A DNA stretch of 54,439 bases, counting the filler, from Piptocephalis cylindrospora (Eukaryota), in the NCBI GenBank assembly GCA_003614145.1. It is 2 parts of 2 records of this genome, joined end to end, with 100 filler letters (N's around TTAATTAATTAA, not from the genome) between each part and the next. Parts side by side here need not be neighbours in the genome. Positions count along the whole stretch, not along the records: positions 1 to 27,297 come from KZ987770.1; 1 more part is not named here. One strand, 5' to 3'. Shown piece after piece: positions 11,701 to 23,260 of this stretch (its first letter is position 1; each line of letters begins with the position of its first letter). The position numbers and the translations under genes are program-made. The notes under the pieces were generated by a model, which saw only the letters and a list, made by a program, of their open reading frames with translations, had not been told where the DNA came from and did not search any database.

Positions 11701-14376
11701 GAAGGACTGTGCTAATCTACAAGGGGGAAAAGTAGAAGAATGGGTGAGGGGATGGGACTTCTAGAATACAAAGAAACGTATTCAAGATTGGGAAGACAGT
11801 GAAGAGTCAAGGACTTACGATCTGCTTGCCAGTCCACAGTTTGACAGGCTTTTGAATGGCCGGGGGAAGGGTGTGAATACGACCATCGGCAAAGTCGGCC
11901 CTCTCGGGCTGAAGGGAACCGTAGAGGACTTGCATGTACTCTTCGAGGGTGAAAAAGGCATCCCTACGCGTCATCCACACACCAGCAACAACATGATCCT
12001 GAATGAGGCCACGAAGGGGGGCGCCGGAGGTGGGAACGAGGTACTGAAGATCGGTAGCGGCGATGTTGGCGGCTTCAGCACGAGCCAGCTCATTCTGGGG
12101 AAAATGAACGTTCATCTCGTCACCATCGAAATCGGCATTGTAGGTGTTGCAATTGGCGTAGTGCATACGAATGGTGCGTTCAGCGGGCATGATCCTGGCT
12201 TTATGGGCCATGATGGAGGGCTTGTGTAGGGTGGGCTGACGGTTGAGGAGGAGCCAATCGCCGTTACGGAGGTGGCGATAGACCTTCTTGTTAACCGGGG
12301 AGATCCCGGTCATGCCCGAGGAGCCCGCGACCTCCTCATCGGATCCGGAGGCCCCACCACCCATGACGGTGGTGGAATCCTGGGGGGTGAGGAGTTGGTT
12401 GGCCAAGGCTGTCCTCTCCTCTACACTGAGCCCAGACTATGAGGATGGGAATGATGAGTGAACGGGTGAAGATGAAGAATAAGGGATAATGAGCAAGGGA
12501 TCGTACCAAAGAGGTCAAGGAGCCATCCTCAAGTTGAACATGGGTAGCACCAGGCCAGGAGTGAGCACCGTTGACGACGGCACGACGAAGTTCCTGAAAG
12601 TTGTAATGAGTGACGGGTTCAGGGTAGGTGAGCTTGGAGGCAAAGACGGGGGGAATACCAATCTCGCTGGTCTCGATATTGGGATCTGGGGAAATGACAG
12701 AACGAGCAGCGTAATTGACACGCTTACCCTAAGGAGAATAAAAGGAGGGGGTAAGTAAGGAGAAAGAGAGGGAAAGTGGAAAAGAAAGGTACCATCATGT
12801 GCTTCCGGAATAGACCCTCCTTCTTTTCCAAGGTTTGCTTGATGCCAGCAGGAATGCTTCCTTCCTTGGCGCCGCTACGGGAGGAGTCAATGAGGTTATT
12901 GACATCGGACTGAAGGTCGATCCAAGCCTGGATAAGCTTAGCAAAGAGGGCCTTCTTCTCCTCGCCCTGGACATCACGATGCCCATTGAGCTCACGAATG
13001 AGGGCGGATCCGTGGAGGATCTTGGTGAGATGGACGTTTTGGGGATTTTCACGGATTTCGTCATTGAGGATAGCGGCAGGCCGGAAGCGGGTGGGAGCAA
13101 CGGGAAGGGTCTCAATAAAGAAGATATCGGCGCGGGCGACAAGGGGAGAGGAGGAAGAGCCCTTGGACTGGGTAGTGCGATCGAGAGAGGATCGACCGTA
13201 GAGCAGACCTAGGATGATAGCTTCCTTGTCAAAGAGCAGACGGAGATGATTGCGCATATGGAGAGAAGTGAGGAGGGTAGGGCTGGTGGGAAGAGAGGAC
13301 GTGGGGGGGGCCGGCGAGGGTGTCTTTTTGGAGGCAATGCCCTTGGCATCCTGCTGAGCAATGTAAGCACGAGCGGCGGCGGCATCCGCATCAGGAGAAA
13401 GGGAGTCCTGATCCACCATGTTGACGTCACCTTCATCATCCATGGGGGGGGAGTCTTCATGACCCTCCTTGTGAGAAGAAGAGGAGGAAAGGATATCGGC
13501 AGCACGGATACCGGCAGCCTGCATACCAGCTTGCTGTTGACGGGTCAGAGGAAGCTGAAAGACCTTGGTGTAGCCTTCCTTGCGCAATTTGGGGGAGATG
13601 CCGGAGCAGCGAGCGCAGCGACCCTTGGCGACAGCGCGCTTGAGGAAAGCGGCAATTTGTTGACGTTCCTCCTCGGCTACTAGGGTGACCTTTTCTCCTT
13701 TAGGAATGGAGGAGGAGGAGGAGGAAAGGATGGAATGGACAACTTGATTGATACGCTCGGAGAACTGCTCATCAGTCTCGCCCTCTGGGCCGACCGTGGA
13801 GTCACCCGAGGGGTCGTCCATGCTTGTGGAGTCACCAGGACCTTCAACGTCGGCACTGTAGCTGGCGGCAGGCTCCACAGGGTTGAGATCGTCGAGGTTG
13901 AGGGCATCTAGAGGGCGACCAGCCCGAAGGAGCCTGAGTTTGCCAATGGTCCTAGCCATATCAGATTGAGGCAGACGAAGACGATGACAATAATGACACT
14001 TTGCGCGAAGCAAGGCAAACATTTGATTGAAAAGAAGGGGGTGAACCACAGGGACCGGGAGCTCAATGTGGCCAAAGTGGCCAGGGCACTCAAAGTAACC
14101 CAGAGAGCAAGTGGAGCATCTAGTGGGAAGGGGAAAGGAAGTGAGAGTGAGCTTATGCCTTCAAGGGTAGAGTCATGTATCGTCCTCCTACCTAGTGGCT
14201 TTGGAAAAGGGACCCAGAGAGGGATCGTACAGGCCACCACGAGTGGGACGGTTGAGGTTGTCAAAGATAGTGGGGTTGACAAGGTGCTTGACGGAGAGAC
14301 GCTTCACTTCGTCAGGATCGTAGAAGGAAAAGTGAACGCCGGTGATCTCGGCGGCCACAGGCTGGCTAATGTTCAT
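8720..14376 (-). CDS. RPA190: DNA-directed RNA polymerase I largest subunit. Exons approx. 14376-14192, 14119-12793, 12728-12507, 12436-11819, 11716-8720
   Basis: [10 protein letters not shown], zinc motif [32 protein letters not shown] (across an intron), NRQPTLHK, catalytic [24 protein letters not shown] and [16 protein letters not shown]. No heptad CTD, and a Pol I-type acidic insertion is present. Four GT-AG introns keep the frame. Confidence 0.96.
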
Positions 14377-14879
14377 TGTGAAGGGGTAATAGGGATGAGC
14401 TCCTTCCTCAGACACCGAGTTGCAGACACGGGATTCCGGGGAAAAGGCCTTTTAGGAAGAGAGGGGAGGACGGAAGGAGGAAAGAGGCTAAGGGTGGAGG
14501 AGGAGTCGATGTAGAGTGAGTTAGTAGTCCATCTCCCCTCACCCTGAGGACCAAGGGTGAGGAGAGCCAATTGGTGGCGAGAGGAGCGCGGTTGTGTGGG
14601 TGTGTCTATCCATACTTTGGGAGGAGTGTGCAGAGGGTGGCGCGCGTCCCCCTTTCCTCTGTGCGGTTAGTCTCCGCCTCTCTCACCTTTTTTTGTTTTT
14701 TTTCCCTAGAGCGCACTTAGAGGCTGGGGGATAATAACGGGATAAAAAAGAAACCGAGTTTCAGTGAGAGTGACCAAAATAAATCAAAAAATGGTCTCAC
14801 CAGGAGAGTAGATATATAGTTGTTTTCATTCTCATCGTTAAGGATTTGGTCGGGAAGCTTCCATCCGGTTCTACATTCA

Positions 14880-15395
14880 AAAATCCAACATTTGCTATAG
14901 ACCTTTCATCAAGATGCCCTATGGACGGCTCAATCTCTTTCCTTCCATGGTACCTCTCCTATGTGCCCAAGATGTGATGAAGAAGAGGAAACCATAAAGC
15001 ATCGATTCCTTGAATGTCTGACTTCCCAGGATCCTTGGTCCTATACGTACCATCATTTGATGGACGGACAAAAAGGAGATGAATGGGAGGATGTGGTCTT
15101 ATCACTTGATATTCTTCCGGGATCACTAGGTTTTGAACCTAGTCTCCTGGTCATTGGATGCACATTTTGGTGTATTTATCGAGATATTCTACGGATTGTG
15201 TCAAGTTCATCCGAGACGACGCTCAGGCCTAATTTAAAGTACAAATTACGAATGTTGCTTCGGATGCTGATGAAGGCCAAAAGAAGGACGACCATTGAAA
15301 GAGGAACGAGGGAGAAACGGGAGGAGAAATGGAAGACATTAAAGAACAAGATAGGAGGGATCGGACGATCTATGGAGGAGGCAATGATATCGTGA
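14880..15395 (+). mobile_element. LINE (non-LTR retrotransposon) 3'-end relic with zf-RVT CCHC knuckle
   Basis: In-frame HQDALWTAQSLSFHGTSPMCPRCDEEEETIKHRFLEC...LLVIGCTFWCIY, the CxxC-x-ETxxH-x-C motif found at the C-terminus of LINE ORF2. No RT domain upstream. Confidence 0.72.
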
Positions 15396-15508
15396 GGAAA
15401 GATTCCGAACCTTTTTGAGATGAGAGAGAAGAGGCAATATATTGGCCAAAAATTGGTTATCCATTACCGAAACTGGTACACAAAAAAACCCACAAAAAAT
15501 GACACTCC

Positions 15509-16010
15509 CTATATATCAGGTCGGGCCCAAGTCGGACCTAGGTCGAGACTCGTAGCCCAACTGATCATCCGCGCCCACCATGACCTGAACCGAAGTTCAC
15601 TTCCACATATGCGCGCTGTCCTGGCTTTGGCCTCCAGGCACCGGAATGATAGGGATTGCCACATTTTGGTCAAGTTAGAGGCTTGATCCGGAGAATAGAT
15701 GAGTCTTGTATGAGCAGTGTGTATGATCCACATAGCACAACCATGGAGGAGAATCCGTTCATGGGCTTGAAATCCCTCAAGTCCTTGCATCTGAAAGAAA
15801 GCCAGTACTGGGGTCATTTCCGGTGGATCCTTGAAGGCCTCTGTACGATTCTCCACAGTGTGTTCACCGGTGGGCATGAGACAAATCGGTGCGTCACATC
15901 CTCTACGATGTCTGGGCATCTTGGGCAAAAGGGTGGTACTCCCATGGCTCGACTGAGTCTCAGCCCAGTCCAGATGGAACCATGCTGGAGTTTTCATAAG
16001 AGAGGATGTC
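15509..16010 (-). mobile_element. Second LINE 3'-end zf-RVT relic with an in-frame stop and a frameshift
   Basis: A minus frame absent from the ORF track reads LL*KLQHGSIWTGLRLSRAMGVPPFCPRCPDIVEDVTHRFVSCPPVNTLW. It then shifts into the listed frame containing ILLHGCAMWIIH. Confidence 0.72.
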
Positions 16011-16540
16011 TGGCATTAGGCTCGAGTGGTGGACGGCCTTGGGGGTACCTTTTTGAGATGAATCTGTGATGACTTAAGAAAAAAAAGGGAAAGTTGCGAT
16101 TTTTCCCAATACATTTCGCCGTTTACCACTTTTTGAGTATAGTTGATCAGTTTTTGATATCAATCTGGTGTGCTGTTTTGTTCGTTAAAATGGGTAAAAT
16201 AAAAAAGGGTTTCAAGTCAAGCTTTCGATACCAGTCTTAGAGGGGATTACGACCAAGAAACTCTCTCCCCTCCCCTCCGCTCGCGACAATTGTACAGTGC
16301 CACACTCACCCCGCACTCTACACCATAGCAACAATTACGCCCAAATTCACAATCAAGGTACACTTCTCACTTGGCGGGTGGAAAAATTCTTCAATTAACC
16401 GTTTATTCATCATCAATGTCCTGAACCAGCATGAACATAATGATACACAGACGGTTCAACAAGGAACCTCTCCCCCACTACTCTTTCATTTTATGACAGG
16501 GAGGGGAGGGGAACGCAAGAGAGGCCGATCAAACGGTCGC

Positions 16541-17566
16541 CTAGAGTAGTTTCCAAGTAACGTCCGCTTCGCCTTCATCTTCAGTGCATCCGAGTTTCTT
16601 AAAGGTGTCGAGATCGAGATCGAGATGCCCTTCGTCGCATGAGGGGCATGCATCCCTGATGAGAGCTGTGACAGTTTTGCCGTGAGAGCTGGTGATGCTA
16701 ACCTTGCGGCCACAGTACTTGGTATTCGGGTGGCTTGTGTCCCCGAAGAGTTTTTCACTGATGGCAATGGTTCCCATATTAGGATCCTTATCATCCATAC
16801 CGCAAGCACCGTCGTCGGGAGTGAAGAAAGTGATCATTCCCTTGTGCTCGACCCCGCTTGCCGAATAGTCGCCGCCATCATCAGCACCATCAGCCTCACC
16901 ACCATCAGCCTCACCACCATCAGCCTCACCACCATCAGCCTCACCACCACTACCGTCCTCATCACCACTATAAGCCTCATCACCACTATCGTCCTCATCA
17001 CCACTATCGTCCTCATCACCACTATCATCCTCATCATCTTCTTCACATTCATCACCGTCATCCTCGTCCTCATCATCCTCGTCCTCATCATCCTCGTCCT
17101 CATCACCTTCAGAATAACCATCATCACCCCCACTACCATCATCACCCTCACTACCATCATCGTCCTCACTACCATCATCAACATCGCCACCCTCATCACC
17201 TTCAGAATAATCACCGTCACCTTCATCATCCTCACTACCATCATCACCCTCATCACCTTCAGAATAATCATCGTCGCCTTCATCATCCTCACTACCATCA
17301 TCACCATCGTCGCCTTCATCACCATCGTCGCCTTCATCACCATCGTCACCTTCATCATCATCGTCACCTTCATCATCATCGTCACCTTCATCATCTTCAT
17401 CACCCTGATCATAATTCCTCCGATCAAGGGAGACTAAGTTGTTACGACCAACAGCATTATCACCAACGCTCTTAGAAACTGAGCCACCCTTGTTTGACTG
17501 GGGGGCAGCAGTGATTACCGCAGACAGCAGGACCAGGGTGGTGGTAAGCGAGAGAAGAAGACGCAT
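16541..17566 (-). CDS. Secreted protein: signal peptide, long Asp/Glu/Gly-rich tract and C-terminal RlpA-like double-psi beta-barrel (expansin/loosenin-like) domain
   Basis: Signal peptide MRLLLSLTTTLVLLSAVITAAP. The C-terminal domain has GMITFF..GACG, IAIS, YCGRKVSIT, VTALIRDACPSC..GHLDL..FKKL, a typical DPBB pattern. Confidence 0.88.
   Translation of the reverse strand: MRLLLSLTTTLVLLSAVITAAPQSNKGGSVSKSVGDNAVGRNNLVSLDRRNYDQGDEDDEGDDDDEGDDDDEGDDGDEGDDGDEGDDGDDGSEDDEGDDDYSEGDEGDDGSEDDEGDGDYSEGDEGGDVDDGSEDDDGSEGDDGSGGDDGYSEGDEDEDDEDEDDEDEDDGDECEEDDEDDSGDEDDSGDEDDSGDEAYSGDEDGSGGEADGGEADGGEADGGEADGADDGGDYSASGVEHKGMITFFTPDDGACGMDDKDPNMGTIAISEKLFGDTSHPNTKYCGRKVSITSSHGKTVTALIRDACPSCDEGHLDLDLDTFKKLGCTEDEGEADVTWKLL
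16880..17410 (-). repeat. Degenerate 15- and 18-bp coding tandem repeats (DEGDDD, DEDDSG, EADGG)
   Basis: Repeated units such as TCATCACCATCGTCGCCT, CACCACTATCGTCCTCAT and CACCATCAGCCTCAC on the + strand. Confidence 0.85.
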
Positions 17567-18730
17567 GGTATGAAGCACTGTGAAAGAAGAGGATACTGAA
17601 AGGTTTTAATGGGTAGCCAATCGAGGCGTGGGGTTGGAGGGGAGGGAGGATGGATTGCAGATGGAAAGGACCAATGGGATAGATTGCTAGAGAGGCAAGC
17701 AGGGTATGCGACCGGCGCAGAGTAAAAAAAAGGATGGTGGGTGAAGGCGAAAAGGGAGAGAAAGGGGTGTGGAAGTGAATTGAAGGACAAGGGACGGATT
17801 CGATGATGAAGCAGAGAGTATTTATACCTTTGGCCGCACACACACACCATCGTCCATTTTGATCCTCCCCTCCCACCGATTAGAAAAGCCTACGGCCTGC
17901 CACTCATCTCCCGCTCCCAGCCTTGCTGACCGTCTGGAAGGGGGGGAGAGGACAAATTCGGCCATCCCATACATAGGGAGTCAATGCTACTTAGCCACCC
18001 TATTTTCAAGAGCGCCTTTCCCCCGACACCAATCAAAGCCAAGGAGAAGCAATCCTATGGCTGAGTTTTCCCCATAGCGCGGAGTTTGAAATTGGTGGGC
18101 GGGGATTGAGGGAGGATTGTGCTAGGGTTTGCTGAGATGGCGGATCTCACAGAACGGTGGGAGCGGTTTTTCTAGGGGCTTGCCAAACTCCGTCATTCAG
18201 GCTGGGGGGTGGAGCTTCCCACAGATGCTATGCAACGGCTTGAGGACGGTAAGGCCAATCACAACATGCTCTGCCTAAGTAGAAGGATGCTCAGTGGTTC
18301 TGCGGAGAAGTGGGACAAGGCTTGGCAAGAATAGACCCTCTCCCGTTATGCTACTTTATTCGAGCTCATCGGTATCTGAAAATCAGAGAGCTTCGTAGGA
18401 GCTGTAACACCGAATTTCACCTGTGAGGGAAGGGCCGAGACATTGCTTCATCTCCACATCAGAGATATATTGCCAGTTCTCTAGACATATCTGATTCCAT
18501 TGAAACGTAGTGTTGGTCAAGGGCCATTAAAATCGAAAGAAGAGGTAGTGGACGATGGGGTGAAATGCCTGGCTGTTCCATCACCTGCTCATGGGTGACT
18601 CCATGTACAACTTTCATCACCACTATCATTTCCAACCTCTCCCCCATCTCCTCTGTCAGGTGGCAGCTCTCCGTCCCTAAAAGACATACATATCCCAGTT
18701 TGTGGGAAGGAAAGAGAAAACCAAGGCCTA

Positions 18731-21700
18731 TCAGAGAAAGCCACTCTCCTGGAGTAAGCGAGCAATCTTCTCATCATCCCGCTCCTTAGGCTCCAGAAGC
18801 GTACTACGCTCAAAGGCCACCGTTTCATCCATCCTCAGCCTCAGCCCCTCTCGTAAGAGTGCTTGGATCTCGGGGACATGGGATAGGGCATAAGGGACGG
18901 ATTGAAACAATTGGATCTCCCGGACCACCTGAGCCCGCTGAAGCATCTTGTAAACATTGATGAGACCTGGATGATCTGTGATATAATCCTCATTACCATA
19001 ATCGATGAATGCCAGATGTTGCATGAATACACCTGTGGGTGAGGAGAGAGAGAGGGGATGGGAAAGGGTGAGTAAGAGGGCGAAGAGAAGGCCACAACAA
19101 AAGGGCCAAACTCACCAGGAAAGGGAACGCAAGGCGGGTTGACCGAGTGAAGGACTTGGAGGTACTCCGCGTAGTTCCGACTAGGATTCATCAGCTTCTT
19201 CAAGCCCTCCAGTGTACTCACTGCCTTTCCCGTCACGAACTAGGGAGGGGTAGTGAAGTGAGTACAGATGGAGATGAACCTATTTTTCACCTCCTTCAAA
19301 AAAGAGAGTTTACCTCCCAAGTTCGCTTCAATCGATGGATGGGGGCCGAGCTAAACGCTGCCAGGATAGCCATGAGAGAGTTGTAATTATTCAATTGACG
19401 ACATTTCTGCAATGAAAAGGATGAGTTGTGCCCTATTCTCCCTCTTTGTCCCAGTGACAAAAAGCAGACTTACCTCAGCAACAAGAATAAAGTGCTTAAT
19501 GACCGTGCACCTCCATCGAATCTCCTCCTCAGCAAGGATCATGGCAATGATAAAGTGGGTGAGATGATTAGTGGACTCGATCATCCCGGTCAATTGCCTC
19601 CCCATTCCGGCAAAGGAAGGAGGGGATTGATCAGAGGGAGAGGAGGAGGGGGAGGAGGGAACCCGATGACGAGCGGATCGAGCACGACTGAGAAAATCAT
19701 TGTAGCTGATGCGCACAAAGGCAGCGGCGTCCAGGAGGGTGAGCTGCCTTGCCAGTTCTAGGGGATCAATGTCGACGATCCGAAGACCTTGGAGATTCCT
19801 TGGTAAGATGGGCGAGGGGGCTTGCTGGGAGATGTTGAGGATCATGGGTCGGACCCCAGAGGTGGTGGCAGCTCCGGCCATAGGGTCTTTGACCCTGTCT
19901 AAGAGACTGAGGAGGGTAGCACTTGCCGCTGAGTTTCCGTGAAGAGGCGAGGGCGGGGCTTGCTTGGTCAAGCCTCCCTCCCCGGAGGCATCCTCCCGTG
20001 GAGAGGAAGGGACCATGGAGGTTTTTTCCTCCTCGACCTCCTCTGAATCCTCCTCTCGAGATTGAATGGATACAGAGGTAGGGGGGATGGGGTGAGCAGG
20101 ACCCATCCTATCCTTCCCCCAATGCTGAAGATCGGTAAGGGCAAAGTGATGAAGGAGTTCCATGGCCTCGGCATCCACCTCGGGAATACAGTAGGTTTCG
20201 ACCCAGAGACGAAGGATATTAAAGACGCGAAGTCGAATGATCCCCTGCTTGTGCAAAGACCATTCGGTCAGATCTTCCGGGGAGAGATTTGGGGGAGGGG
20301 GGAGGGAGAATCGACGAAGGAGTTGTCGGATGAGCTCGGTAGAGGAGATGACGGCACGGTAGGTGAGGAGAAAGGACTGGTTAAAAGCGGTGTCCAAGGA
20401 GGTGTGTTGGGTGAGAATCTCGACAAGAGCGGGAAGGGATCCGCCGCGTAATCGACGATCGGCCCCGTAAAGGAGATCCGCCTCCCCATACTCCATCCCA
20501 AGGTACCAGGGAAGATCGGTGGGCGGGGTGGGGTCAGAAGCGTCCCCAGACCCATGGGCCTTTCCCTGGGAGATGGTCAGGCTGGTCTGATCAAGCATAC
20601 CCCCCTCCCTAAGCCCTTCCGTTGAACCCCCGTCCTCACCACTGCCCCCACCACCCATGGAGATGATCCCAAGGGGAAAATGACTACTTAGCCCGGCACG
20701 GTGCTTAGAACTCTGGGTCAAAACTCTCCTTGGGGAGAATCCCCTAGGAAGGGAAGGGGAGGACGAGAAGGATGAGGGGGGAAGATGGGAGGATAGGCCC
20801 AAAGAAGCCAAGGCGGGGCTGGAGGCCGAGTTTGGGTTGGAGGTGGGCAGAGAAGAGGTGGTTGTGGGGATGGTGTTCATGGAAGATGTCATGCCAGTGG
20901 AGACGTGGCTGTTAGTGATGATGGAAGCAGGGGTATGGCTAGCGGAGGTAGCAGTAGCAGTAGTAGCAATGGTGGTGGTATAAGCACCATCTCCCCCACC
21001 TCCCCTTCCTTCATCGTCTCCACTGAATCCTGGGCCAATATTTTGTCGGGATCCACCGGTAACAGCGGCCACAAAGGTGGGATCCTCCCAGGGAGCCACT
21101 TGTTCAATTTTATCCTTTGGAACGGGAAAGTGATGAAGGTCCACATTGGAAGGAGGAGGTAGGTCGTCTGTGGGAGGGGGAGAAGAAGGAAAAGAAGAAG
21201 CTTCTTTGGACTGTTGATTTTTCTTAGATGTAGGAGCGAGCCTCGGAGGCCCATTAACTCTTTCCTTTTGCTTTCCTTTTTGCTTTGTCTCGGCAACGTC
21301 AGTCCCATTGGAGGGGGAGTTGGAACGAAGGGGGGGGAGAGCGGGAGGTGGCACGGGAGATGAGCCTTCGGGCAAAGTCCTTGCTCCGTCTCCTCGAATG
21401 ATCCCCGGCCTTGGATGACTCAGGAAAGGAAGATCCCTTGGACCCTTTACGACTATCCCCACCCCTGGCCCCTTCCCATACTGCGGTGGGCCCGCATCTT
21501 TCCAAGGACGTTCGAGAGGTGGAGGAAGTGGAAGAGGCAAAGGGAATCTCCAAGGCTGAGGAGACCAGGAGGATTACAGCCTTTCCCAGACCCACAGCAC
21601 CTGGAATGATTTGATTAGCAGATTCCTGATCTCTCAGGGATGAGGAGGAGGATGAGGATGAGGAGGATGAGGAGGATGAAGAAGGGGATGGGGAGAGCGC

Positions 21701-22957
21701 GCCTTGGACTGTGTGGAGTAAGGTGGAGACCTCTTGGTAGACGGTTTGTCGTCGTTGGGAAAAGAGGAGCTTGAAGGAGGAGGTGGTGGTGTCCTTCTCA
21801 TCCCCCTCCTCCTCCTCCTCCTCCTTCTCCTCCCCTTCATTCCTCTCCTCATCACCTCTCCCCTCCCTTCCTGGGCGTCGTGTACGAGGATCCAAACTGG
21901 CCTTAGCCTTGGCTTCGGCCCAATGGGCATCGATGACGGCGAGGAGTCTACCGACCTGAACAATCAAAGATCGGGTCATATGGATGGCTAAATTGATTCC
22001 AGATCCAGATTCCAGATGAGTCAAGAGGGCAGAGACACTTCGTTCCACTTCGGATCCCATAATCTGAAGATGTACGGAGGGGGGGAAGAGGGAGGAAGAA
22101 CCTTCCTGAAACGAAGCCATCTCCATTCTCCCAGGGGGCGAGGAGCCTAGAGAGGGGGGTTGTTCCATGATCTATCAGGGAGGGAAAGATGGATAAGTTG
22201 ACTTTAGAGTAGAAAGGATCACAGGTAAAATCATAAATTATCATGCTGTTCATCATTCATTGACGTGTGAATGAAGTAATGACCAGTGTCCAAATCGCTA
22301 GATACTTACTGATAGGGGTGGAGCAGGGGAAGAGGAAGAAGAGGTGCTAAGAGGAGTGGGAGAGGAGGGTCGAGTCATGCGGTTGGGTCCATCGGGGACA
22401 TTCTCCCGACCTGTCTCATTGGGGGAGGAGGGATACGCGGGAGAAAATACGTAATTGCTGGGGAACCAACCGCGTCGACCATCCGAGGTTCTTCCTTCCC
22501 ACCACCCAGAATCCAAACGGGTGAGGACATCAATGCGCTCACCCGAGACAAAGGAAAGGACAAGGGGCTCAGTGGCAAGATGATGGTAGAGGGAGATACA
22601 GGTGCCAAGGTGATCGGGCATGACATAGAGCCCTGCGGTTCTAGATTGAACTAGAGTTGGCGCTTGAGCGGAATTTGTATGATAATGATGATGGTGGGAG
22701 GGGTTGGTCAAGGAACCGCGAGGCCTTCCAGAATCGGCGCCGGACACAAGGGTAGCATTGCTGGCGGTGGTGGCGGAGCTTGCTGTTGACATGACCGTAC
22801 TTGACCTTGTAAGGGGTGCAAAGGGAAATGTGCCTCCTTGAGCGGCGGCGGCGGCGATAGAGGAGGAGGAAGGAGGGGAGGAGGAAGTGGGGATCGAAGA
22901 AGCTGATACAGATTGCAGGGCCGAGGTGGAGGCGATTGCCTGGGGGTGGGTGAGCAT
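18731..22957 (-). CDS. SH3-REM-RasGEF protein (Cdc25-like). Introns approx. 22309-22172, 19473-19407, 19313-19240, 19115-19033; frame break near 21330-21337; start uncertain
   Basis: SH3 motif SGWWEG..RGWFPSNYV; REM motifs GGSLPALVEILT, FLLTYR and IRLRVFNILRLWVE; GEF motifs DPLELARQLTLLD, CRQLNNYNSLMAILAAFSSAPIHRLKRTW, PSRNYAEY and PPCVPFPG. C-terminus RLLQESGFL. Confidence 0.88.
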
Positions 22958-23159
22958 GAGACGAGACGGAATGAGGGGAAGGGAGCAAAGAAAGGTGGGC
23001 AGATTCACAGAGAGGTCTGGGCCGACTGTTGGTGTTGACACGGATGGGGGGAGGATGAGCTGATGCTCAGAGGAAGCTAATAAGATATGATCACTGAGAT
23101 GGGAAGGAGGAAGAGATGGAGGAGGATCGCTAGAGCCAAGATGGGATATGAGATGGGAG

Positions 23160-23260
23160 GGTGAAGAAGAAGAGAGAGGGAGAGGGAGAGGGAGAGGGAG
23201 AGAAGGAGAGAAGGAGAGAGAGGGAGAGGGAGAGGGAGAGAAGGAGAGAGAGAGAGAAGG
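23160..23260. repeat. GA-rich simple repeat (CT-rich leader upstream of the RasGEF gene)
   Basis: Runs of GAGGGA and GAGA. Confidence 0.8.

Noticed and set aside
8837..14514. Numerous plus-strand ORFs opposite RPA190
   Set aside because: Antisense shadows of a conserved, codon-biased gene.
16682..17475. His-rich, Ile/Thr-rich and Met/Val-rich ORFs
   Set aside because: Shadow frames of the acidic repeat in the DPBB gene.
18060..18430. Minus-strand CAGGTGAAATTCGGTG resembling the fungal RNase P RNA CR-I motif, plus short inverted repeats
   Set aside because: No matching CR-V/P4 partner at the expected distance; a GATACCGA lies only about 30 nt away. An Infernal search would be needed to rescue it.
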